Program-made: the position numbers and the translations under genes
Assembly (NCBI GenBank): GCA_029553545.1
Contig: JAKPKU010000237.1
Location: 1-62,938 of the forward strand
DNA length: 62,938 nucleotides
Direction: 5' to 3'
Source of the DNA: Candidatus Cloacimonadota bacterium
GTDB lineage: Bacteria > Cloacimonadota > Cloacimonadia > Cloacimonadales > WRIO01
In this document: piece after piece, positions 1 to 9,165 of the stretch
Layout of the letters: each line of letters begins with the position of its first letter
Position numbering within the stretch: position 1 is the first letter of the stretch
The notes under the pieces: model-generated
What the model was told of the DNA's origin: nothing
Databases searched by the model: none
The model's input: only the letters and a program-made list of their open reading frames with translations

Positions 1-140
1 GTCTATTTCTGAATCGATAAAGCTACCTGACATTGAACACCTCTTTTATTCTTTAATTAATGCCATTATATAATACCCTATATTATTGTCAAGTAATATT
101 TTAACTATATTTTTTGTCTGCTTTCTAATTCAAAGCTCTC
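1..140 (-). mobile_element. Left end of an IS5-like insertion sequence (terminal repeat, promoter, first 11 codons of transposase), truncated by the window edge
   Basis: The reverse complement of 1-140 matches 62719-62858 with 6 mismatches by manual alignment. It begins GAGAGCTTTGAATTAG. The ORF starts at 33 (MSGSFIDSEID) after AAGAGGTG. Confidence 0.8.
65..92 (-). promoter_or_regulatory. Sigma70-type promoter of the IS transposase
   Basis: Perfect TTGACA-N16-TATAAT on the minus strand, upstream of the RBS and the ATG at 33. Confidence 0.7.
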
Positions 141-1687
141 AGGTTTTGAATGTATTGACACATTTGAATTTCATCTTTTTTATCTGTTAAGACTATCAGA
201 TAATCTCCACCAAACATTTGGGTGTTTCCTTTTGGAATAATCTCTTGATGCCCTCTACGAATGCCCACAAGTAAACATGACTTTGGCCACTCTACGTCCA
301 TAATTCTCTTTTGATCGATGCTTGAGCCTAACCTTACAGCTATTTCTAAAATCACTTTATCATGTTTATCTTCAGATAATATATTCTTATTATCTTTAAT
401 AAAACGAGTTAAAAGGGTCTCATAAATTGGCTCAGACCTCATCAGATCAGAGACTAAATAAGCTGTTATAGAAACAACACTTAGAGAAAGCAAGTGGCTA
501 AATGATCCTGTCATCTCTGTTATTAAAAGACTGCCAGTGATAGGAGCTTTAACTATAGCTGTAAAATATCCAGCCATTGCTAATACAATAAAGTTGTTCA
601 AATAAATAGGGTCAATATTTGTTGCCTTTGTTGCAATATAACCATACACATTGCCAATTAAAGCGCCAATGACTATTAAAGGTAAAAAGATACCACCAGG
701 TGCACCACTACCATAGCTGATCATAGTAAAGATAAATTTTACAAACAAAAGTACTAATAGAAACTGAAGAGTCGTACTTTTATGGACGAGATCTATGACT
801 AAATGGTGCCCACCACCTAAAACATCAGGTAAGAAAAAACCTAAGATACCCGCAATAAATATCGGTAAGACTAATTTAAAAGGCTCTGGTAACCATTTGA
901 TACTCTTATAATAATTGAGAGAAAAAATTAGTGATTTGTTAAAAAAAACTCCTGATATACCAATAACTATGCCAAGTAAAACTATGAGCCCGTAATATTT
1001 CAAAGGTAAAATCTCTAAAGCTGACAGATTGAAAACAGGCTGGAAGCCAAAAATAACCTTATTAAAAAAATCTGCTGTTATACAAGCAACAGTAGTGGGG
1101 AGGAGGACAAGGGGAGAGAAATTCTTATGAACTTCTTCTAACACAAAAACTATACCAGCTAATGGTGCGCTAAAAGCCCCTGATAGTCCAGCGCCGGCAC
1201 CTGAACTGATAAGATATTTTTCTTCAATTCTTATACGTTTGAAAATACGACTAACACCTTTACCAATTAAAGCACCCATTTGAACGGAAGGTCCTTCACG
1301 CCCCAGGGATAAACCTGCTCCAATCATCAATGCGCCGTTTATAAACTTATTTACAAGAGTTTTCCACCAACTCATATCAATATGTCCTAATAACTCGCCT
1401 TCAACTTGAGGAATGCCGCTTCCACTAATCATTGGTACTTTCTTTGTGCGATATTTGACAAAAATAGCCACTCCAAAAAGGATCAAAAACCAAAGAGGTA
1501 TAGCCCAATAGTTATTTTTCATATAAGTATAGGCATGATTAGTAAATTTGCCAGCATAGTCAAGCATGATGCGATATGCAACAACAACAATGCCTGCAAT
1601 GAGCCCAACAAGAATAGATTCAAAAACTAATTTCATTTTAATATCTTGCCAATGTCTCATTGTATTTAATAAACTATTTTTTCTCAT
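125..1687 (-). CDS. clcA: ClC family H+/Cl- exchange transporter with C-terminal TrkA-C domain
   Basis: GSGIP, GREGP and GGIFLP signature motifs, many TM helices, and a C-terminal RCK_C-like segment (LLVGIRRG..EIIPKG). Confidence 0.9.
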   Translation of the reverse strand: MRKNSLLNTMRHWQDIKMKLVFESILVGLIAGIVVVAYRIMLDYAGKFTNHAYTYMKNNYWAIPLWFLILFGVAIFVKYRTKKVPMISGSGIPQVEGELLGHIDMSWWKTLVNKFINGALMIGAGLSLGREGPSVQMGALIGKGVSRIFKRIRIEEKYLISSGAGAGLSGAFSAPLAGIVFVLEEVHKNFSPLVLLPTTVACITADFFNKVIFGFQPVFNLSALEILPLKYYGLIVLLGIVIGISGVFFNKSLIFSLNYYKSIKWLPEPFKLVLPIFIAGILGFFLPDVLGGGHHLVIDLVHKSTTLQFLLVLLFVKFIFTMISYGSGAPGGIFLPLIVIGALIGNVYGYIATKATNIDPIYLNNFIVLAMAGYFTAIVKAPITGSLLITEMTGSFSHLLSLSVVSITAYLVSDLMRSEPIYETLLTRFIKDNKNILSEDKHDKVILEIAVRLGSSIDQKRIMDVEWPKSCLLVGIRRGHQEIIPKGNTQMFGGDYLIVLTDKKDEIQMCQYIQNLRALN

Positions 1688-4293
1688 ATATTATACTTTT
1701 CTTTTAGATAATTAATTTCATCATCTTTGTTGTTTATTTCTTTATTAATTTTTGCAACATATAATTCTTTAAGTACTTTTGCTATGGTTTTACCTTCTGT
1801 TACACCTCTGTCAATGAGGTAATTACCGTTTAACTCAACATTAATAAAACTGTCGTATAATATGTAGTTCTTGATAAAGTCGAACATCTCTTCATCATGG
1901 TAACATGAAGCAATAGACAATAATATTTCATGCCTTAAAGTTCTTATTGATAAACAAAGCTCGCCTTTGCTTTTCTTGTTTAGATTTGTAGAGAGGAATT
2001 CATAGGCTTCAAAAAACTCTTTAAGTGTTTTTTTTGCAAGTGATGGGAATTTATATTGTTCAAAAAACTTCTCAGCAGAGCGATAACTCATATCATTACA
2101 GAGTATACAAGTAAAAATAAGCCATTTTAATATTGTTCTTTTTTTAAACGACTCTTTGTACCAAAGAATGATACGCTCCGCACGCTTCATTTGCTTTTGC
2201 TTTTCATTTGTCATGTTTAGATTGGGATTAATACTTTTTAGAATACTAAGCTCTTCTAATCTGGCAAAAAATAGGTTTACATGCTCATCATCACATGCTT
2301 TTACAAACTCTTGTGTAATACGCTCAACTGCTACATTTTGTATTAATTTTAAGTCAAGGGCAGACATAATCAAATGCTTTGTCTTTGTATCAATTTCAAA
2401 TTGGTATCTTTGTTCAAATCGTACTGCTCTAAGGATGCGGGTAGGGTCATCGGAAAAGCTCATATTATTGAGCGTTTTTATTATCTTATTTTGGATATCT
2501 TTACGCCCATTATAAAAATCAAATAACCTACCAAAATGTTTTTGATTAATCTGAACAGCAATACTATTGATCGTTAAATCACGCCTATATAAGTCGTTTT
2601 TAATTGATGACATCTCAACAGCTGGTAAAATGCCAGGTTTGTCATAAATCTCAGAACGCGCACTTGCAAAGTCAACTTTTATGACATTAGTACGTTTATT
2701 ATTAAATACAACGACAGCAGTTCGAAACTGTGAGAACCCAGCAAAAGGTAAGTTTAGTCTGTCACTGAGTGCCTTACTAAACTCTATAGCATCACCTTCA
2801 ATAACAATATCTAAATCCATACTCTCTTTATTCATTAAAAGATCACGTACAAATCCGCCAACAAGCCATGCATCTTTTTGTAATATATCTGCAAAATCAG
2901 CTATCACTTTTATGACTTCAAGAACACTTGGATTTATTTTGTTCAAAAGCCCTTTTACATTATCAAAGCTCTCTTGATTGAGTTTTGTTTGTTGTTCAAA
3001 TGTAGCTTTTATTATATCTCTACGAGATACAATCCCGACAAGTTTTGAATTGCCTTTGCTGTCCGTATCAATAACAAGTAGACGCCCAATGCTATGCTTG
3101 ATTAACATCTCTTGCGCTTTATAAATAGAGGTGTCTGAAGTAATAGAGATAATGTCTGTCGACATTATATGATCAACAGTCTTTGAACTTAGCTTGTGCA
3201 ACACAGCTTGCCCAACATCTTTTTTAGTTACGATGCCAACGACCTTTTTGTCCTTTAGGATAGGTATAGCCCCAAAATTATGATTACTAAGTTTTTTGCC
3301 TACTTCAAAAATTCTGCTTCGAACATTGGCAGTTTCAACATCTTTGCTCATTATATCAGCTACAGTCCCATATTCTTTAATACTGCGTAAAATAAGGTCA
3401 TATACTTTCTTTTTTAGAGATTCAAGATCAGTTTGTTGAACTGATGCTGAAGCTGAAGATGGATGACCACCACCACCAAAATCTTTTAGTATAGAGTTCA
3501 CTTGGATAAATGAATAGTCACTTCTACCAATAATGATTATTTTTTCAGGCAGTTTCATAAAAAAGAACATACATTTCATATTTTCAGACTGCCTAATATA
3601 ATAAAGAAGGTTTGAGATATTATAAATCTCCTCTTTTAGCTCTATATCAAGATAATTTATTATGACTCCTCTTATCTCATATGTTTCTAAAGAAGAGGCG
3701 ATTTGGTTCATAATCTTCAAATTCTTAGTGTTGAGTTGTGGCTGTATATAGTTTTTTATAAACCCAATAGATGCTCCATTATTTAGTAAATATGCCATAG
3801 CAGAAAAATCATCTGGACTTGTGTTTATGGCTTTAAATGAGCCTGTATCAGAGTATATACCCAATGCCAAAATACCAGCAGTTAAAGGGTCAGGGGAGAT
3901 GCCTTGATCGATCATTTCTTTAATTAATATAGTTGTACATGCACCATAATCTTCATGCCTAAAACAAACAAAATCATCTCTATTAGAGGGTGGGGTATGG
4001 TGATCGTAGCAGATGATAGGGATATTTGGTTTGGTTTTTAAGAAAAGACCAATTTTCCCAGCTCTATCAAAGTTAGAGTTGTCTACCAAGATAACACTTT
4101 TAATCTTATTAAGGTTTACATTTTTTTCTTTAATTAAATCAAATCTTTCAGGGTAATCTTTGAGAAGCTGCTTTACTCCGACATCAGGAGCACCAGAAAG
4201 GCATAGTTTTGCTTCAGGAAATAATAACTTTGCTGCAATCATCGAAGAGAAAGCGTCTAAATCGCAATTCACATGGCTAATAATGATAATCAT
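1684..4293 (-). CDS. cca: DHH-CBS-CBS-tRNA nucleotidyltransferase (CCA/A-adding enzyme)
   Basis: N-terminal DHH motifs (DLD, DHH, DTG, GGGH), a CBS pair, then class II NTase motifs GGFVRD, DLD, RRDLTIN and DDPTRILRAVRF. Confidence 0.88.
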   Translation of the reverse strand: MIIIISHVNCDLDAFSSMIAAKLLFPEAKLCLSGAPDVGVKQLLKDYPERFDLIKEKNVNLNKIKSVILVDNSNFDRAGKIGLFLKTKPNIPIICYDHHTPPSNRDDFVCFRHEDYGACTTILIKEMIDQGISPDPLTAGILALGIYSDTGSFKAINTSPDDFSAMAYLLNNGASIGFIKNYIQPQLNTKNLKIMNQIASSLETYEIRGVIINYLDIELKEEIYNISNLLYYIRQSENMKCMFFFMKLPEKIIIIGRSDYSFIQVNSILKDFGGGGHPSSASASVQQTDLESLKKKVYDLILRSIKEYGTVADIMSKDVETANVRSRIFEVGKKLSNHNFGAIPILKDKKVVGIVTKKDVGQAVLHKLSSKTVDHIMSTDIISITSDTSIYKAQEMLIKHSIGRLLVIDTDSKGNSKLVGIVSRRDIIKATFEQQTKLNQESFDNVKGLLNKINPSVLEVIKVIADFADILQKDAWLVGGFVRDLLMNKESMDLDIVIEGDAIEFSKALSDRLNLPFAGFSQFRTAVVVFNNKRTNVIKVDFASARSEIYDKPGILPAVEMSSIKNDLYRRDLTINSIAVQINQKHFGRLFDFYNGRKDIQNKIIKTLNNMSFSDDPTRILRAVRFEQRYQFEIDTKTKHLIMSALDLKLIQNVAVERITQEFVKACDDEHVNLFFARLEELSILKSINPNLNMTNEKQKQMKRAERIILWYKESFKKRTILKWLIFTCILCNDMSYRSAEKFFEQYKFPSLAKKTLKEFFEAYEFLSTNLNKKSKGELCLSIRTLRHEILLSIASCYHDEEMFDFIKNYILYDSFINVELNGNYLIDRGVTEGKTIAKVLKELYVAKINKEINNKDDEINYLKEKYNI

Positions 4294-4296
4294 ATT

Positions 4297-5040
4297 TTAA
4301 TAATACAAATCCAATGCTTTTAGTTTTATAGGCTTATTATAATGCACTACAAATAGTTTGTTTAATAGTCTTTTAAAATGGTTTATAAATAGTTCGTTTT
4401 CTTGCAGGTTTTCTATCATACTCCAAAAAGAATTTGGATAATAGAGTATAAAACTGAGAGTACTATCCAGCATCTCGATTGTATCTGCGTGAATAATATC
4501 TTTTGAGCACAAATTACAGGCAGCCCTATCGTTTTCATCAAATGCGACTATCTGGTTTTTTTCTGATTGACAATAATCACAAGGAATAGACGTAATGTGT
4601 GGGTTAATTATTCTAAGAAGATTAATGCTAAATCTTGCAAAATATACCAAATACAAAGACTCAATAGTCTTGGAAAACAGGAAAAACCTCTTTGTGTAAT
4701 TATAAACATTATTAATTTCTTCGTCACTTATATAAATATTTCTTAAGAGCTCAATAGCTGCTGATAAACATACAAGTTGCTTAAATGAGCTATTTTGAGA
4801 ATATCTATTAACAACAAAACAGTTTTGTAAAACATAAAGCTCGGCATTTGCTCCTTTGGTTAGCTTTAATTCAAGTTCATTATAGAGTTGAATAGCATCT
4901 TGGTTTGGGTTATTTGCTTGTTTTAGCCCATGAGCTATAAATGAAATAAAACCAAGATCTAAAGAAAAGCATTGTACAATTGCACTTGATTCTTTCCAAT
5001 CAGTCTTTTGTATAATAATAGCTTTAGTAGTATAGTTCAT
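4297..5040 (-). CDS. recO: DNA repair protein RecO
   Basis: N-terminal OB-fold pattern (AIIIQKTDWKESSAIVQCFS..G), CxxC...CxxC zinc finger, 247 aa. Confidence 0.75.
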   Translation of the reverse strand: MNYTTKAIIIQKTDWKESSAIVQCFSLDLGFISFIAHGLKQANNPNQDAIQLYNELELKLTKGANAELYVLQNCFVVNRYSQNSSFKQLVCLSAAIELLRNIYISDEEINNVYNYTKRFFLFSKTIESLYLVYFARFSINLLRIINPHITSIPCDYCQSEKNQIVAFDENDRAACNLCSKDIIHADTIEMLDSTLSFILYYPNSFWSMIENLQENELFINHFKRLLNKLFVVHYNKPIKLKALDLYY

Positions 5041-6947
5041 TGAGGATTTAAATATTTATTAATTGTACTATTCAGCTCATCAATTGAAAATGGTTTAATT
5101 AACACTGCATCGAAACCAAAGTTACGATAATTAAGTACAATTGGGTCGTCAGGAAAACTACTCAGGAGTATAATATGTAGATTTGGATTTATGATCCTTA
5201 ATCTATCAATTATATTGTTTTCTTCATCTGTTTCTATGGTAACTGAATCAGCAATAAGTATATCATATGGCTTTTGACTATAAATGCTTGCTTTGTATTT
5301 ATTTAATAAATCATCTTTGTTTAATGCACAACCTACATCAAACCTAAGGTGTAATAATAATTTCTTTATCATTAAGCATTCTATTTCGTCTTCGTTTAGA
5401 ACCAAGATATGGGTTTTATTGTTAACTGACGAAATATTATCATTGTTTACTTTTTTATTTATTCTGTTAGACATGTCTTCTGAAGGTATAGTAATATAAA
5501 AAGTGGACCCAATGTTTTCTTTAGATTCAACGTCTATATAACCATTGTGTTGTTTTATTATTGAGTAACTGGTCGTCAATCCCAAACCATTAGCCATTCC
5601 TTTTGTTGTATAATAAGGGTCAAAAATGTATTTTTGGTTTTCTTCGCTTATACCATTGCCATTATCTTCAATACTTATTCTTATATAATTTTGGTCATAA
5701 AGAGGCATAAGTGTATTATCAGTAGGGGAATAATTATACACTTTTATGTACACTATACCAATATCATTCATTGCTTGTTTTGCATTAATTACAATATTGT
5801 GGATTACTTGAGAGATTTGTTCTTGGTCTATCATAACCAGATGCAGATTAGGATCAAAAACAAAGCTACATGATACATTTGATCCAATCACAGCAAGAGT
5901 TGCAGCTTCTGTTATTAGCTCTTTGATATCGATTCTTCGCTTCATGGGTGACCCACCACTTGAAAAAGTGAGCAATTGATTACTCAGTTCTTTAGCTTTA
6001 TTGCATGCGTTTTCTGCCTCTTCAAGGTATTTATAAATATTAGAATTGCTTGATAACGAAAGCTTGCTTAGGTTAACATTCCCCATTATTGCTGATAGTA
6101 TATTATTAAAACCATGAGCCATGCCTGCTGCGAGGTGCCCTATGGAGTTTAATTTGTTTTCTTTAATATGGAATTCATCGATTCTTTTTTTTTCTGTATT
6201 ATCTGTTATAATGAACAATACGTTTTTGGTGTTTTCGTATGTTAATGGTAGAATCTCTATTTGTGCAAAGAATTCTTTGCCATGAAGATTAATTAGGGTA
6301 CACTCAAATTGAAGGTATTCTCTTGTCTGAAAAACATTTTGGGCATGTTTAATAATTGTTTCCTTAGATTGATCAAAGAATAATGTATTAAATGCAATTT
6401 CAGTGTTATTCTTCAATTTAAATATATTAAATAGTGTTTTGTTGAAGTAAACGATATTAAACTCTTGGTCAAGCTCAAAAATTGCAAATGGTGATCTATT
6501 AAATATATTATTAAGTCGGTCATTAGCTTTTGCAATTTCTTTATCTTTTTCTTTTAAAGACTTTTTAATATACCAATTGTCAAGAAACTTATTTACAAGG
6601 TTTGGTAAATCATTAAACATTTCGGGGCTTTTCACCAGGTAATCAAGAGCGCCCATTTTTATAGCTTTTACAGCATATTCTTCATTTCCGAAGCTGGTCA
6701 TTAGGACGATAGGAATTAGATCTATGGTGTTTGTGTTACTTATTAAACAAATCCCTTCTGCATCAGGTAGTATTAGATCAGAAATAATGATATCTGGAGG
6801 ATTGTTTTTTATTTGAGAAATAGCATTTTCTACTGTTGTTGCATGGGTTAATGTATACTTATCTGATCGATTTCTAAAGGAGTAATCAATAAGATAAAAA
6901 TGATCAAAATTATCTTCGACGATTAATATTTTTATTTTTTTTTTCAT
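5037..6947 (-). CDS. Cytoplasmic hybrid histidine kinase (REC-PAS-HisKA-HATPase-REC)
   Basis: N-terminal REC (IVEDN, DLILPD, GALDYLVK), PAS, H-box AHGFNN, N-box NIVINA, DNGNG, GLGL, and a degenerate C-terminal REC (KPF). No TM segments. Confidence 0.9.
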   Translation of the reverse strand: MKKKIKILIVEDNFDHFYLIDYSFRNRSDKYTLTHATTVENAISQIKNNPPDIIISDLILPDAEGICLISNTNTIDLIPIVLMTSFGNEEYAVKAIKMGALDYLVKSPEMFNDLPNLVNKFLDNWYIKKSLKEKDKEIAKANDRLNNIFNRSPFAIFELDQEFNIVYFNKTLFNIFKLKNNTEIAFNTLFFDQSKETIIKHAQNVFQTREYLQFECTLINLHGKEFFAQIEILPLTYENTKNVLFIITDNTEKKRIDEFHIKENKLNSIGHLAAGMAHGFNNILSAIMGNVNLSKLSLSSNSNIYKYLEEAENACNKAKELSNQLLTFSSGGSPMKRRIDIKELITEAATLAVIGSNVSCSFVFDPNLHLVMIDQEQISQVIHNIVINAKQAMNDIGIVYIKVYNYSPTDNTLMPLYDQNYIRISIEDNGNGISEENQKYIFDPYYTTKGMANGLGLTTSYSIIKQHNGYIDVESKENIGSTFYITIPSEDMSNRINKKVNNDNISSVNNKTHILVLNEDEIECLMIKKLLLHLRFDVGCALNKDDLLNKYKASIYSQKPYDILIADSVTIETDEENNIIDRLRIINPNLHIILLSSFPDDPIVLNYRNFGFDAVLIKPFSIDELNSTINKYLNPQ

Positions 6948-6976
6948 TATAACCCCATTTAATTACATATGATATG

Positions 6977-8047
6977 CTAATTTAACCCATCTACAACATT
7001 GTCTACAAACCAGTTAATTTCTAAGATCTCTTTTTCATTTAAAACATTATTTTTATCAACTCGCAGTTCGCCTTTATTATCATAAATAGGACCTGCAAAG
7101 GGATGTAAACTATGATTTATTATTTCTTGTTTTTTACTTTCAACGATTTGTTTTATTTCATTAGATACAAATGAATTAAATGGTGCAAGAGTAACTAAAT
7201 CCTGTTCAATACCCCAATAAATATCTTCATTTGTCCATGTTTTATTATAGACTGCTTTACTTATATACTCATAAGCACTATACCAATTCCAAATAGGAGA
7301 TGTTATATTTGAGTTTGGTGCTGCACTTCTCATATTATTATTATAACCAACTGATAGGATACCGAGCTTCTCTGCTTCTTTTTGCACAGCAGGTGAGTCT
7401 TGATCTTGCATAACAATATCGCAACCCATCGATTTGAATTCATTCACCGCTATACGCTCATTAACTTCATCGCTCCATGTATGCATCCATTTTACATACA
7501 ATTTTGCATTTGGATTAACTGATGCAATTCCCCTTGCATATGAATTGATGTGCCCAACCACTTCGGGTATGGGGTCTGATACAACTATACCAATTTTGTT
7601 AGTTTTTGTTAATAAGCCGACAGCAACGCCAGCTAAATAAGTTGCTTGATACATTTTTCCAAAATAAGTTCCAACATTACTTGATGTTTGTTTTCCACTG
7701 CAATGCATAAAAGTAATATTTGGGTACTTATTGGCAACTTTAAAAAGGGCTTCTCCATGATCATATGATGTCGCAAAGATAAGATTATAGCCATTTCTTG
7801 CAAGTTGTTCAATTGCATCTTGTGCTTCTTTGGTCGATGAAATGTTTTCTATAGCTGTCGTTTTTTCAACGAAATCAAGTTTGTTTAGAGCTTGTCTTGC
7901 TTGTTCGTGCGCATAAGTCCAACCAGAATCACCAATGGGACCAATATAAATAAAACCTGCTTTAATTTTTTGATTCTCTTCTTTTGATTTACAAGAAATA
8001 AGAATAATACAGGATATACACATAAGTACAATAAGTATATTTTTCAT
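6977..8047 (-). CDS. BMP family ABC substrate-binding lipoprotein
   Basis: Lipobox LISC, then GFIYIGPIGDSGWTYAHEQAR, typical of BMP/PnrA proteins. Confidence 0.9.
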   Translation of the reverse strand: MKNILIVLMCISCIILISCKSKEENQKIKAGFIYIGPIGDSGWTYAHEQARQALNKLDFVEKTTAIENISSTKEAQDAIEQLARNGYNLIFATSYDHGEALFKVANKYPNITFMHCSGKQTSSNVGTYFGKMYQATYLAGVAVGLLTKTNKIGIVVSDPIPEVVGHINSYARGIASVNPNAKLYVKWMHTWSDEVNERIAVNEFKSMGCDIVMQDQDSPAVQKEAEKLGILSVGYNNNMRSAAPNSNITSPIWNWYSAYEYISKAVYNKTWTNEDIYWGIEQDLVTLAPFNSFVSNEIKQIVESKKQEIINHSLHPFAGPIYDNKGELRVDKNNVLNEKEILEINWFVDNVVDGLN

Positions 8048-8065
8048 TTTAATAACTCCTAATCA

Positions 8066-9139
8066 TTAAAGTCCGTCGATAACATTGTCTGCAAACCAAT
8101 CAATTATGAGTAATTCATAATCGTTTATTACTTTACCTTCATTCACGCGTAAATTACCATTATTATCATAAATGGGTCCACTAAATGGGTTTCTTAAATC
8201 ATTTTTTAATTCATACTTTCTTTTTTCTACTTCATCTTTTACTTCTTTTGGAACGGAATTATTAAATGGTGCTAAATCGACTAACCCTTCTTTAATGCCC
8301 CAAAAAATTGGTTCATTATCCCAAGTTTTATTATATACTTGCTCTGCAACATACTTGTACACGACATACCAATTCCAAATTGCTGCGGTAATTTGAGAAT
8401 TTGGAGCCAGTTTACTCATATCGTTACTATATCCAACAGATAAAAGCCCTTGACTTTCGGCTTCAATTTGTGTTGTAGAAGAGTCTGTATTATGTAAAAT
8501 AATATCACAACCCATTTTTTTAAACTCTTTAATATATTCAGTTTCTTTTTTTGGATCATTCCAAGAATTAGTCCATTTGACATATAATTTGGCATTGGGG
8601 TTTGTTGATTTAATACCAAGTGCATAACCATTAATATGCCAAATAACTTCAGGTATAGGTTCTGATGCCACTATTCCAATCTTGTTAGTCTTAGTTAGCA
8701 TTCCAACGCTTACTCCTGCTAAATAAGTTGCTTCTTGCATTTTACCTAAAAATGATCCAACATTAAATGCTCTGCCAGAATCACGACATTGCATAAAAGT
8801 GATATCAGGGTATTTGGTTGCAGATTCGATAACTGCATCGTAATGCTCATATGAAGCAGCAAAGATGAGTTTATAGCCATCATCAGCAAGTTCCGATATT
8901 ACTCGCATAGCATCTTCTTTTGTACTAATATTTTCAATGGCTATTGTTTTTTCTACAAAATCAAGCTGTTTAATCTGTTGTCTACCTTGTTCATGTGCAT
9001 AAGTCCATCCAGCATCGCCAATAGGTCCTACATAAATGAAAGCGATTTTAAGCTTATTGTTTTGATTAGTATTTTTATGACATGATGATACATTAAGTAA
9101 TAGCAATAAGCATATTAGCACTACTACAGTATTTTTCAT
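8066..9139 (-). CDS. BMP family ABC substrate-binding lipoprotein (tandem paralog)
   Basis: Lipobox VSSC and AFIYVGPIGDAGWTYAHEQGR. Collinear with the 6977-8047 protein. Confidence 0.9.
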   Translation of the reverse strand: MKNTVVVLICLLLLLNVSSCHKNTNQNNKLKIAFIYVGPIGDAGWTYAHEQGRQQIKQLDFVEKTIAIENISTKEDAMRVISELADDGYKLIFAASYEHYDAVIESATKYPDITFMQCRDSGRAFNVGSFLGKMQEATYLAGVSVGMLTKTNKIGIVASEPIPEVIWHINGYALGIKSTNPNAKLYVKWTNSWNDPKKETEYIKEFKKMGCDIILHNTDSSTTQIEAESQGLLSVGYSNDMSKLAPNSQITAAIWNWYVVYKYVAEQVYNKTWDNEPIFWGIKEGLVDLAPFNNSVPKEVKDEVEKRKYELKNDLRNPFSGPIYDNNGNLRVNEGKVINDYELLIIDWFADNVIDGL

Positions 9140-9165
9140 ATAACCTCCTAAAAGTCATTTTAATA

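Noticed and set aside
6935-6944. A10 tract right after the kinase start codon as a phase-variation switch
   Set aside because: Lys-rich starts and long A/T runs are common in this AT-rich sequence and the ORF is in frame. Read-level data would be needed.
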